Shown: in pieces, positions 11,601 to 25,103 of the stretch
How positions within the stretch are numbered: the first letter of the stretch is position 1
How the letters are laid out: each line of letters opens with the position of its first letter
From: Neocallimastix sp. 'constans'
Lineage: Eukaryota
NCBI GenBank assembly: GCA_050613775.1
Contig: JBODTK010000118.1
Span: forward strand, 310,001-374,000
Direction: 5' to 3'
DNA: 64,000 bases
Position numbers and translations under genes: made by a program
Notes under the pieces: model-generated
Databases searched by the model: none
What the model saw: only the letters and a program-made list of their open reading frames with translations
What the model was told of the DNA's origin: nothing

Positions 11601-12056
11601 ATTAAAAATATATAAAAAGAAAATAAATAAATTAAACTTTTTAATTAACCCCTTAAAAATTGACATATATACCAAAAAAAGTTATAAATCATGAAAGGTA
11701 TGATAAATTTATTAATAATATACAGAAATAAATTTTAAATGACTATTAATGAAATTTATTTTAGTTCAATTAATTATATAATATTATTACTAGTATAAAA
11801 TTTATTCACTTATTTATAATATCAATTATTATATATTTAGTGGTGTAGTTGTATTGATAACTAACTCTTCAGAACAGTAAATACGGTCAATAATTAATTG
11901 GTCATTATTACAATACAGAAAAAAAAAATTTTTTTTTTTCATTTTCTTTTTTTTTTATTTTTTTTTGAACTTTCCATTTTTAAATAAGAAATGGAATTAC
12001 TAATGAGAGGGGAAAAAATTTTTTTTTATAGCCGCAACTATTACAAACTTTAAACT

Positions 12057-12091
<35 letters not shown>

Positions 12092-13815
12092 TTAATTATA
12101 TGAATATTTTTTTATTAAAAAAAAAAAAAAACTTAATAATAATAAAAAAAATAAATATTATTTGTACAATTTGAACATAATAATATTTTAAATAATAATT
12201 TGAAATAAAAAGTAATATTCATTGTATAAATACAATTAGAAAAAAAGTTCATATGCAATGAACCTCCGGATTATTTGATTTCTGTTTAAAAGGAATTCTT
12301 ATTTCGGATTAGGTTTTGAATTGAAATGACAATCTTAAAGAAATCATGGCCTTCTCCTTCAGAGGCTTTAACCCTGCTTACCTATCCATACGGCATTTTC
12401 AGTGTTGACGCTTCTAGTGAGAAAGAAACGAAAATCATTTTCAATTAATAAAATTATCAACTAATCTATTTACTTGGCTATTTAAATTAAATATGATTTA
12501 TTTAAAATAGATAAATTTTATATTGTATTATACTGTATTATATATGTATTATATTGTAATGGATTGTAATAGTATTAAAAAAAATTTTTTTTGTATAATT
12601 AAAATTTTTTTAATTTAATGAATTATCAAAATTCTAAATATACACCATACTATTCATATAAAAATAAATAAATAAATAAATAAATATTTTTTCTGTTTTA
12701 ATTAAATTTTAAATATTGTAAAATGTTAAGTGATAGCACATAAGCACTTTGATATTAGCTTTATTTTTTATATTGAAAAACATTATTGCTTTTTTTTTTT
12801 TTTTTTTTTATTTTTTATTCTTTTTCTATTTTAAATATTTTAACATAAAAACAATTAAAAAAAAAATTTTTTTTCCTTTCTCTTTTACATTAATTAAATC
12901 AATTTAGGAATTAGGAATGTTTCATATAGAATTATTGAATTTAAAAAATGAATAAATTTTTATTTAAATTAATTTTAACAAACAAAATTCTTAATATATA
13001 TATATATATATATATTTACTAATAGAAACGAAGTTATTAAAGTAAAGAAGAAGAAGAAAAAAAAAAAAAAGAGAACCTCTGTTAAATATTTTGAAAATTA
13101 TATTAAACTTTTAAAAAATTAAATAAACAAAAAACAATATTTTTCTTTTTATTAATATTTTTTATTTAAATATATATAGTTGTAAATTAAAATATAGTAA
13201 AAATAAAAATGAGGTTAATTATCATATAAATCAATAGTTAATAAATATAAATAAATAAATAATTATATATTTTGATAAATCATATTTAAAGTTGATTTGA
13301 ATAAGATGGATTAAAATTTACTTCAAGATTAATAAATATTAAAATATATATTCATTATATATAATATAAAGTATATATATATACATATATATACATCTTC
13401 AAATATCTTGAACAAAAAAAAAAAAAATAAAAATAAAAATAAAAATAAAAATAAAAATAAAAATAAAAAATAAAAATAAAAATAAAAATAAAAATTAATA
13501 AAAAAATATTTATTTTAAAATAGACAATCTAATTTTTTTTTTTTTTATAATTAACCTTTAATAATTAATATAATATTATATAATATAATATAATATAATA
13601 TATCATATTATATTGTATTGTATTATATTATAAAATAAACTTTAACTATTTTCCTTTTCATTTTTAATTAATCAATTTTAATTAAAAAATTTTTTTTTTT
13701 TTTGGTTATTCAAAAAAAAAAATTTAATTTATCAAATTAAACATAAGAGAAAAATCGTAGTAAAAACAAAAAAATATTAAATCAAATTATTTAATAATTT
13801 CATATAAATGAATAA

Positions 13816-13817
<2 letters not shown>

Positions 13818-13846
<29 letters not shown>

Positions 13847-13861
13847 GTAATAATAATAATA

Positions 13862-13948
<87 letters not shown>
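13818..13948. repeat. (AAT)n microsatellite
   Basis: Read directly from the sequence. Confidence 0.95.
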
Positions 13949-14149
13949 GTTAAATAATTATGCATTATAAAAAAAAGATATAATAATAAATAATATTAAA
14001 AAGAAATTAATACCATTATTAATATATATATAAATTAATTTTTATTCATCTCTAGGTTTTATTTAAACCTTGATCAGGAATTATAAAATTTATAATGTTA
14101 TAATATAATGTTATAATGATTATTTATTTATTTTTTATTTTTATTTATT

Positions 14150-14188
<39 letters not shown>

Positions 14189-14620
14189 GACCAATCTTAA
14201 CATAACCAGCTCTTTAAAGTTAAAAAAAAAAAAAAAAAAAAATCTTTTTTAATTGAATAACTTTAGATAAGCTATTAACTTTTTTTTTTTTTTTTTTTTT
14301 TTTTGAAAAGAACTCTCTAATCTTATCAGTATTATCTCTTTACTAAAATAATAAAACAGCATATTCTTCATATTTTATTTATTAAAAATAAGCCTAAAAG
14401 TCCTATTGACATCAATGTCAATTAAAAACATGAAATTATTATATATATATATATTTATTTATTTATAAGAATCTTTTTTTTTTTTTTTTTTTAAACTTTA
14501 TCAAATTTTAGAATTTTCCTTTTTTTTTTTTTTTTTTTTTTTATAAATTTTTATTGAATAAAAATAAGAAAAAAAAAATTAATAATTAATGGTTATAATA
14601 ATAATAATAATATATATTAA

Positions 14621-14656
<36 letters not shown>

Positions 14657-15596
14657 TAATTCCTCTTCCATTATTTATACTAATAGAAAAAAAGAATATT
14701 TTTCCTCTTTTTTTTTATTTTTTTTTTTTTTTTATTTTTAATATAATAAATTTTATTTATTAAAAATGAAAAGTTTACTTTTTTGATTAATTTTAATTTT
14801 AATTTTAATATATTTTATAATTTTAATCTATAAAACTTTTAGAATATTGTAAAAAAAAAAAAAAAAAAAAAAAAATTGTAACTAATAAAAAAAAAAACTT
14901 TCATACAATTATAATATATTAATTTTTATTAATTTTTTTTTTTTTTTTTTATATATATATATATATTTTATTTTATTTTAAATTTTTATAGGGTAAAAAT
15001 AATAATAATAATAAAGATAAAAGGGAAAGAAAAATAGAAAAATAAGAAATATAAAGAAAAAAAATAATAATATTAAAAAAGGTATAATATTTTATTGATA
15101 TAATTACATTAATAATTAATATTCAAAATTAAAAAAAAAAAAAAAAAAATAAAGAATGAAGAAAAGAAAGAAAAAAATTAAACAGAGATAGTAGTCCAAA
15201 ACCTTAATGTAATAAAATATTTTTACTAAAAAATTTTTTGTATAAAATTATATATATATATATTGATATTAATTATTATTTATATTATTTAAAGTAGAGT
15301 TACTAATAAGACACAAATATATACATAAATATATTTGTGATTGTTATTATTGAGAAAATTATTAGAAATAATCAAATATATATATATGTATGTATGTATT
15401 TAAAATCTATTATATATGATAATAAATATATTTAGAATAAAAAAAAATATATATATATATATAATAAAATAAAATAAAATTAATATAAATAATCTTTTAT
15501 CTTTTAGCATAAATTTAACTTAATAACATATATATAGATAGAGAAAAAAAAGAAAGAAAGAAAGAAAGAAAGAAAAAAAAAAATCTATTATTTTTT

Positions 15597-16669
15597 TTAC
15601 CTTGAAGATTTATAACTTTTAAGGTTAGGTGAATTCATCATATTATAGGTGGGACGAGGTGGAGATGAATAAAAATTACTATTTGTTGGTGAATTATTAT
15701 AATTATGACTAGGGGATGAATTACTATTATATCTATTATTTATTAAATTATAATCATCATTATTAAGTACATTTCTATTTTCATTTTCATTTCTATTTCC
15801 TTTATTGCCATTATCATCATTATTTTGATCATTTTGATTCGTAAGTTGATGTTCTTTATCATTCGTTATCTTCATTCTACTGGAATGACTAATTTTATCG
15901 TAACTATACGGATTATAACGGGAAGAATGATGATGATAAGAAGAATGATGATGATGTGAATGATAACTTGAATGATTACGCGAATTAGAATGTGATCTTG
16001 AATCATTATAAGAATAATGACCATCACTGTAAGTAGATGGTGTATTTAATATATAATGATTTGAATTAGAAGTACCTATATCACTTCTAATGGCAGGAGA
16101 AGTTGGACCATTATTTGTGGCTGAGGTATGTAAATTTTTTTCATGTATATTAACTAATTCTCTCCAACAGTTATAGAGAGCTAAACAACGATTTTTGATA
16201 TTATATTTATCATCTGAAGGGTATACTTTTTTATTAGCAAGATACTTTATAACTTTTCCAATTTTTGAAAACTTTTTTTAAATTTTAAAGTATATTATAA
16301 TAATATTAATAAAATATAAAATGGATATAAATAAAAATAAAAAGTATTTAATTTATTAATTAATATATACATATATTTTATAAATTTATCTTAATAATTA
16401 TTAATTATAATTATTATATTAGTAAATATATAAATAAATAAATAAATAAATAAAAACAAACTTTTAATAAATCAAGATCAATTTCATAATATTCCTTTTT
16501 CTCTAATTCAGAAAGTTGAGTACTAAGATATTTTAATATTTGAGGCTATAATATTAAATAAATGATTAAATAAATAATAATATAATAATAATAATATATA
16601 TAAATTAATATTTTATATTTAAATATTATATACATAAGTTTTGAAAGTATTTATAATAGAGATAAATTT

Positions 16670-16726
<57 letters not shown>

Positions 16727-18606
16727 TTTATATATAAAAATTTTTACATTTAAATCCCTTTTCATAATTTTTTGTAATTTAATTCTAATTTTGACAACTT
16801 TTTCTGCTAATTCATTTCCTTCAACTGTTTATAAATTATAATTATTAAATAATTTAATAAAAAGTAAAAAAAAAAAAAAAAGAGATATATTCATTTAGTA
16901 TTTATTTAAACGTGGAACAAAAAAAAAAATTAATATGATAAATATATAAATTATTAATGATAACATTTTTTTTTTTTTAACTTTTAATGAAGTACTATGA
17001 TGATCATTATTATATATATATATATTAAAATAAAAAAAAAATAATAATAATACGGTACATTTTTTAGCTAATTCTTCATTTTCTTTTAATTTTAATGATT
17101 TTACAGTTTCTGGTGAAGAAGAAGAAGCTTGACTTTGAAGGTTTATTGATGCTCTATTATGCTTTGGTGTTTTTGAAATTTCTTTCTTCACTGGTACTAA
17201 TGGTACTCCCGTTTCAGCATTTGGAGTCTTTTCATTTACATTTGTACTGACTGGATTTTGATTAATATTTTGAGTTTGCGATATATTAGAGTTTGAGTTT
17301 GGTGTTTGATTTATTTGAGAGGTAGGCGTTTGATTTGTAATAATACTTGGTGACATAATGCTTGGGGTTTGATGGGTATTAATGGTTGGAGTTTGATTTG
17401 AATTCATGTTCGGTGTTTGATTTGTTACTACATTTGGAGTTTGATTTGAATTCATGTTCGGTGTTTGATTTGTTACAATACTTGGAGTTTGATTTAAATT
17501 CATGTTTGGTGTCTGATTTGTTACAATACTTGGAGTTTGATTTAAATTCATGTTTGGTGTCTGATTTGTTACTACACTTGGAGTTTGATTTGAATTCATG
17601 TTTGGTGTCTGATTTGTTACTACATTTGGGCTTTGATTTACAACTAAACTTGGAGATTGAATTACATTAAGGTTTGGTGTTTGATAAACATTTGAAAATT
17701 CAGTTGGATCTTGTTTTACATTTTGGCTTGGTGATTTTATAGTTTGATTTATACTGTTACTTAAGTTGATAGATTTATTAGATTTAGCAATTTGTTGAGT
17801 ATCACTAAGTGCCTTTTTTATAGCATTATCAAACATTTCGGTTCTTTTTCCTGTAATAAATATATCTTTATATCTTTCAAAAGGTCTAATATATTTTGTA
17901 TTAGCCCATGCACTTATTATATTTAATATTATTTTTAAGAAACATATTGTAGAATTTAAACAATTTTATGAAAATAATTATATTATAATTGAATAATAAA
18001 TAAATAATTAAATATATATTAATTAGTTTATTTTGAATTTTTAAAATTTTCGATATAAATAATTTATTTTATTTTATTTTATTTTTTTTTTTATTTTAAA
18101 TAAAATATAATAGCATAATAATAATAATAATAAAATAGTTTATATTATTACTATTTTTCTTTTCCATAAACATAAACCGGTATATGTTCTAAAGGTGTTT
18201 TAGGTTTATATGATAAAAATTTTGAAGATAAATTTTCTTCACTTTCAACCTTTAATATTATAAATATGAATAATAAAAAAATAATAACAACGAAAATAAT
18301 AATAATATTAATTATAACAATTTATTAATAATTTAATTTTTATTAAAAAATATAAAATAGAATAAAATTAACTATAAATATATATATATATATGAATTAT
18401 GTATGTATTTATATGAATTTTTTTGAAATTATTATGAAAACCAACTAAAAAATAAATATACGTAGTATGAATAAATAAAAATTTAAAAAAAAAAAATTAT
18501 TTATTAATATTATTTATAAATTTAAACTTTTAGTAACCTTTGAGGGCCACCATGGATAACCTCTAAACTTCGCCCAAACAACAGTTCCTATTCGAATTGA
18601 GCCCAT
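15597..18606 (-). CDS. PWWP-domain chromatin protein with central Q-[T/S]-P octapeptide array and TFIIS N-terminal (TND/Med26-like) domain, ~618 aa, 6 exons
   Basis: Exons (minus): 18606-18538, 18249-18152, 17912-17059, 16824-16748, 16545-16462, 16271-15597; all GT-AG, frame closes. N-terminus MGSIRIGTVVWAKFRGYPWWPSKV...PVYVYGKEKYAWA is PWWP. LLKFSKIGKVIKYL...IKNRCLALYNCWRELV is TND-like. His/Ser/Asn-rich tail. The exon-3 donor (GTACCG) and the exact 3' end are less certain. Confidence 0.85.
17300..17683 (-). repeat. Coding minisatellite (24-bp subunit, 48-bp higher-order unit) encoding NQTPNMN(S/L)NQTP(S/N)(V/I)VT
   Basis: Visible in the DNA (tggagtttgattt...catgttt/cggtgt...gatttgttac) and in the translation of ORF 16895..17836. 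Confidence 0.95.
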
Positions 18607-20416
18607 TTATAAAATACTTTTATTATTATTATTATTACTTTATTTTATTTTATTTTATTATATATTATTATTATTATTGTTGTTGTTGTTGTTGTTGTTA
18701 TTGTTGTTGTTCAATATCAAAAATGAAATATATTTATTGGTATTCAATTTGTAAATATATTTTTATCAATAATTTCGTAATATAACTGGTCTCAAATTGT
18801 ATTTACTTTTTTATATATATTATAATTTATGAAAAAAATGATGTAAAAAAAGAAAAATGATTTCAAGATAAAAAAAAAAAAAAAAAACTTAATTTAAAAC
18901 ATAAAATATATATATATTTACAATGAAAAAATAATAATAATAATAATAATAAATTAATTAATTAATATTTAAAAAGTTTTCGTAATAGCTAAAATAAAAA
19001 TTTACAATTAACTTTTTTTATAAAAAAGAAAAATAAAATATTTATATATATATATATATATATTTTTTTTTTTTAATTTAATAGATTTATATATTTATAT
19101 ATAAAATAAAATTTTTTTTTTTTTTTTTATATTTATTTTATTTTCTTGTCCTTCCCAATTTTAAATTTTAAATTATAATTAAATTTCTTGATTTTTTATT
19201 TAAAAAATATTTTAACAAATATAAATAATATATCATATCATTCATTATTATATATTGTTCATTATATATTGTTCGTAATTATATATTATTCATAATATAT
19301 TTTACATAAAATATATAAATTTATAATTAAATTATACATTATTATACATTTAATCTAAATATTGTACATTAATTAAAAGTAAATGTAATTAATAGTTCAA
19401 AAAATATACATATATATATATAAAAATATATTTTTATTATTTTTTATTATTATTATTTTTTATTAATATAATTTAAGATAAAAAGATTTAACATTATATA
19501 ATATTGTATAAATTAAAAAAAAAAAATTATTTATTTATTTATTTATGATTAAAAATATAACTATATTATAATTAATATTCAATATATAAATTATTACCTT
19601 TTTTTGTATTTTACTTAAAAAATTAATTAGTAAATAGATAAAAAGATTATACATATACATTATAAAATCATTTATATATATATATATAGATATAGAAATT
19701 TTTTTTTTTTTTTTTTTGGTTTATTTTTTAATTTATTTATTTATTTATTTAATTATTATATTTATAATACTTTTGTCCTTTATAAAATATTATTATTTAT
19801 AATACTTCTGTCCCTTTTAAAAAAATTTTTTTTTTATTTTTTTTTTTTTTTTTTTAAATTAATAATTAAATTATTATTAATATTATTATTATTATTCCTT
19901 TTTTTTATTTATTTTTTTTTTTTTTTTTTAATTTCAAAAAATATATTAATAAAAATAATATATCATTTATTTACATAAAAAAAATTATTTTATATTTCTT
20001 GATATTTATTACAGATGAGAATAAAAAAAATATATATATACAACTTTTTTATTTTTTTTTTCTTATATTTATTTTATTCATCAATTAGTTTTTTTTTTTT
20101 TTTAATTAATTAATTATATTCTTTTTATTTTATATTCAAAGTTAAATTATTTTACTTTGAATCCTTTAATTTTGTTATTTAATTTTTATTTGAGTTAATT
20201 TAATCTGATTTAATTTTGATGATTTAAAATATAATAATAATAATAATAATTTTTTTTTTCTAAAAAAAAAAAAAAAAATTAAACTTAAATAAAAAGATAT
20301 CTTTTATTCTTTATTATTATTATTTTATGTTCATTTTTTTTTATTTTTTATTTTTATTTACTTTAAAGTTTAAGTTTTTATAAATATATATTTTTTTCCT
20401 TTTTATCCACTTTTTA

Positions 20417-20468
<52 letters not shown>

Positions 20469-20946
20469 TACTTTTCAAAAATTTTGATTGATTTTCTAAG
20501 TTGCTTTTTTTTATTTTTTTATTTTTTTTTTTTTTTTAATTTTTGTTTTGTTTTGTTTTCTTAATAGGCTGATATAATTTAATAAAAAATATTTAAAATT
20601 AGTTTGGAATTTTTGATAATAGTAGGCGTTAAAAATTTAAAAAAAAAATTTTTTTTTTTTTTTTTACGATAATATTAATTAAATTGGTGTTTATTACTAA
20701 TTATTATTATTTAATTATTTTTTTGTAATTTAAAAAAAAATAAATAAATAAATAAATAAATTTTAAATTTAATATATTTAGCCATTTATGTTATTTATGA
20801 TTAAAAAAAAAATATTTTTTTTTTCTCTTGATCATTATTTCATTTACTTTTTTTTTTTTTATTTTTATTTTTATTTTTTTTTTTTTAAAAAAAAAAAAAG
20901 GTTTTGATTACTATTGTCATAGAGAAAGTAAAACAAAAAAAAAAAA

Positions 20947-21900
20947 TTAATCTCTTAATAATATTTGTCGATCATTCTTTCCTAAACCTCTAGAGAAATA
21001 AAGCATGATTGGAATATCTGAACGATTTACGTTAAGAACATTAATAACAGAATCTTGCTTATTTTCTGTTTCCGTTTTTCCCAATTTTATAAATTTGAAA
21101 AATAACTTTGCTTTACTGTATTATAAATAATTATATATTATAAAAAATAATTAATTAATTAATTAATTAATTAAAATAAAATAAAAATTAAAAATTAGAA
21201 AAAAAAAAAAAAAAAAAAAAAAAAGAAAATATATATATATATATAAAAGAAAGAATAACAATAATTTATTTATTTATTTATTTATAAAAACATTATATAT
21301 ATTAATTATTTGACATTCAACTTTTAATATTTATTTATTAATATATATTTAATAACATTGATAAATATTATTTTAAACTTACTTTAACCATTTTTCTCTA
21401 AACACAAACATTTGAATATCAAATACTTTACTTGGTATATCTGATTTAACAATTTGTTCTAGTTGATCTATTAATACACTTTTTTGGAATGGATAATTTG
21501 TTTGTAGTTGATCAATCACTGGTTTAAATTGAATATCAATAATTTCATTTGTATTTTCGTCTGTAGTAATATCTTTAATTATAATTATCATTATATATTA
21601 TTATTATTATATAAGTATTTATTTTTAAATAAATATATTGTATATATTATTTAATTATTAAAAAATTTTAATTTTAATAAATTTATTGTTCAATTAATTA
21701 TATATCCTATTAAATAATATTCTTATCATAACTAAAGATTAATTACCAATTAAAACATAATTTGATTCATCAATTTCAGTTGGAATTTTTACATCCTTCT
21801 TAATACCCAACATATTACAACGCCAAGGTTCAATATACTCATCAAGATATTCATATGAAGTACAACAAGATTCAGGAATAAATGACTTTAATAATTTTTA

Positions 21901-21936
<36 letters not shown>

Positions 21937-22474
21937 TATATATAAATAAATAAATGAATAAATAAATAAAATTATTAATTACAAATTCAATAATAATAAT
22001 AATAATAGTAATAATAAATAATATTTAAATTTTTATTACAATTATAATACATATATTTATATTTAATTAATAATAATTTATTTTATACTAGTTAGATTGA
22101 ATAAGGTACCTTTAATACTTTAATAATTGAAGTAGCTATTTCTATTTTATCAGTTCGAATAATAATCTGAGTACCGATAGCAGTATTATAAATTAAATAC
22201 TTGAAATGCATTTCACCAAATATTCTCCATAAATCTTTTAAATTCTCAATCATTACTGGTTTAGATACTGGATTTTCTAAAACTTCCTTCTGTGGATTAG
22301 TTCCATTAATATTTACTGGCATACCTTCTTGATCTAATAGAATAACATCTTCATTACAATTATTTTCACTTTCACTACTATAAGTAAGTTCATTATATTT
22401 TAAATTAAGAATAGAATCCATCTAATATTTATTTATTTATTTATTTTTAAATAATATATTTTAATAAAAAAAAG

Positions 22475-22509
<35 letters not shown>

Positions 22510-23706
22510 TTTTTAAATTATGAAAATACTAAAAATTTTATTGTTTGCTTTACCATATCATAATTTTCTTGACGCTTTTCATAAAGTCTATCACTTGATG
22601 CTCTTAAAATCCATGAAAAAGTAGAGTGTAACTGCATAAATACATTCTTTCATATCATTATATTCAAAAATAATAAATTTAATAATTTTTATTTTTTAAT
22701 TATTAAATTATTTTAACAATAATAAAAAAAAATAATAATAATAATAAAATAAAATAAAATAAAAAATAATAAAATCATAAAATTTTTAATAATATTTAAT
22801 GTATACATCTATAGTAAATCACTTACTGGATTATTAAGAAGATCAACTAAAGATCTTAATGGTTGATTACCACGACGTCTTATGAATTGTTCTTTAATTA
22901 AAATAATATTAATAATAAATATTTAATATCAAATATTTCAAAAAGAATATTTATTTATAAGTAAATAATAAATAATAAATAATAATAAATAATAAATAAT
23001 AAATAATAAATAATAAATAATAAATAATAAATAATAAATAATATACAATAAACAAATAATAAATAATAAATAAATCATTTAATAAAAAATTATAAATAAT
23101 AAATAATAATAAAACATATATAATATATAATAAATAAATAATAAATAACAAACAATTCATATGAATAATAAAAAATAATAAATAATAAATAATAAATATA
23201 AAAAAATAAAATTTTATATAATATATAAATGATTTACTTATTTACCTGGAGATAATGGACTATAAACTTTAACTCGATTATTAACCTCTTGATTTGTTCT
23301 TTTTTCAAATTCAAAAATTTTTTCAGCATTGGCTTGTAAATCTTTAGCTGTGGCTTTAAATTTACTAAAGTATGATTTAATTTAAAAATTTATAATTTAA
23401 ATAAATTAAAAAAGATTTAAAATTTTGAAAATTAATTAAAAACTTTATTTCTTATATAATTGACTTTAAAAACAATTTTAAAATAAATAAATATATAAAT
23501 AAAAAAAAAAAAAAACCAATAAAGCAAGATAAAATGAGTTAAATTAATTACCTAACCAAAAAACCCCATGAAGCAATTATAAAAGATTTATCTGAATGTA
23601 AAAATGAAATACTATACCATCTTTGAAAACCTCTTGCTTGAATATCTTTTAATTTAAATATATAACTTAAAGAATATCCATTTTGTTCATCGCCTTAAAA
23701 TAATAA

Positions 23707-23739
<33 letters not shown>

Positions 23740-25103
23740 TAGTATTATTATTACTATTATAACATAATTTAAAGTTCATTATCATAATAGCAAAATAAAA
23801 ATAAAATAAATTTAAATTATATTTAAATAATATGATTGGTTTGTATATATATATATATACCGAAAAATATTGCACCCTCTCTTCCTGGACAGAATTCACA
23901 ACTTAAACTATATTTTTAAAAATAAAAACAAAAATTAATATATATTTATTTTATATTTAATAATTAATAATAACAATATATTTCTCATTGTTTTCTTTTT
24001 TTTTATTTTTTATTTTTTTTTTTTTTTGCGTGTTGTTTATGTGTTGTTGTAGTTATTTTTCAAAATAAAATAAAATAATTAAAATAAAAATAATAATAAT
24101 AATAATTTTAAATATAATTTTAAGAAATAAAAACCTTCTAACACAAGCTTGTCTTACAATAGGGTATAATCGACTAAGATATGGGTATCGTGTTGTAATA
24201 TAGGTCATATTATTGTCTATGTCATCAGAAATGAAACCTTTAAATCCTACATCATTTTCATTTACACTTTTATTAGAATTTAATTTATTAATAGAATTTC
24301 CACTGTTAATCGTTTGTGTTTCATTTAATTGATTTCTTTTAGAATTATTAATTATTCCTTTTGTGTTATCATTCTTGATATTTATTTGAAGTGGATTATC
24401 TTCTTCTTCTTCATCAGCTGTCATTATACTATTATTATCTAATTGTTTTTGAATATCATTTGCATTAGTAAGTTGATTATTTAATTGATTTTGTTCAAAA
24501 TTCATATCCATAGTTAATTGACTTTGTTGAAATCCTGAATTTTCCTGCTCTTCACTTTTTTCAGTTGGATTTGATGATTGTTGGGGAACAATCAATGAAC
24601 ATCCTGAACAAGTATTTTTAGTTGAATTTTTATTACTATTTTCATGAATTATCTTTTCTAATTTATAAAATTGATTAATTTGAAATCCCTGAGAGCATGA
24701 AATAATTGATGGTCCTACACAATAATAATTTTTATATTATATGTAAAAAAAAAATATTTATTGATGGAATATTTTAAATTATTAAAATAATATATATATA
24801 TATATATTTATATATAAGAAACATAAAAAAATAAATATAAAAAAAATATAATATATAAAAATTTAATAATTAATAATTAATAATAATATTTATTCATATT
24901 CATATAATTAAAAAATTTCTAGAATTATATAATTATATATTATATTCGTATTATTTCTTACCATGGACTTCACAAAAATTTGAAAAAGCTATATTTTATA
25001 AATGATGGAAAGAAAAAAAAAAAAAAAAAATTAATATATTTATTAACATTAATATTTTATTAAATATTAAGTTTTAAAATAAAAAGTTACCTATTATCAT
25101 CAT
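20947..25103 (-). CDS. FLCN: Folliculin (FLCN/Lst7/Bhd1 family; RagC/D GAP subunit), ~631 aa, 12 exons
   Basis: Exons (minus): 25103-25091, 24988-24962, 24714-24135, 23907-23861, 23693-23552, 23364-23246, 22891-22827, 22646-22554, 22421-22110, 21885-21747, 21572-21383, 21115-20947; frame closes. Hallmarks: FCEVHGPSII, CSGCSL, RQACVRSLSCEFCPGREGAIFFGD, ARGFQRWYSI (arginine-finger region), RSLVDL, YIEPWRCNMLG, KWLNKAKLFF. Confidence 0.93.
22960..23200. repeat. (TAATAAA)n heptamer microsatellite within a folliculin intron
   Basis: Read directly; degenerate at the edges. Confidence 0.85.

Noticed and set aside
12367..12385. taaccct (telomerase-template-like) and cttacct (U1 5'-end-like) words in the GC island
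   Set aside because: Each is only 7 nt; there is no extended template repeat, U1-70K loop or Sm site.
11196..13965. Low-complexity ORFs (YYLLFII repeats, poly-I), also 2639..2851, 7945..8223, 22951..23160, 37073..37381 and 57558..58440
   Set aside because: Translations of microsatellites and homopolymer runs.
17386..17670. Antisense repeat ORF (LEFDLNSC...)
   Set aside because: Reverse-strand reading of the coding minisatellite.
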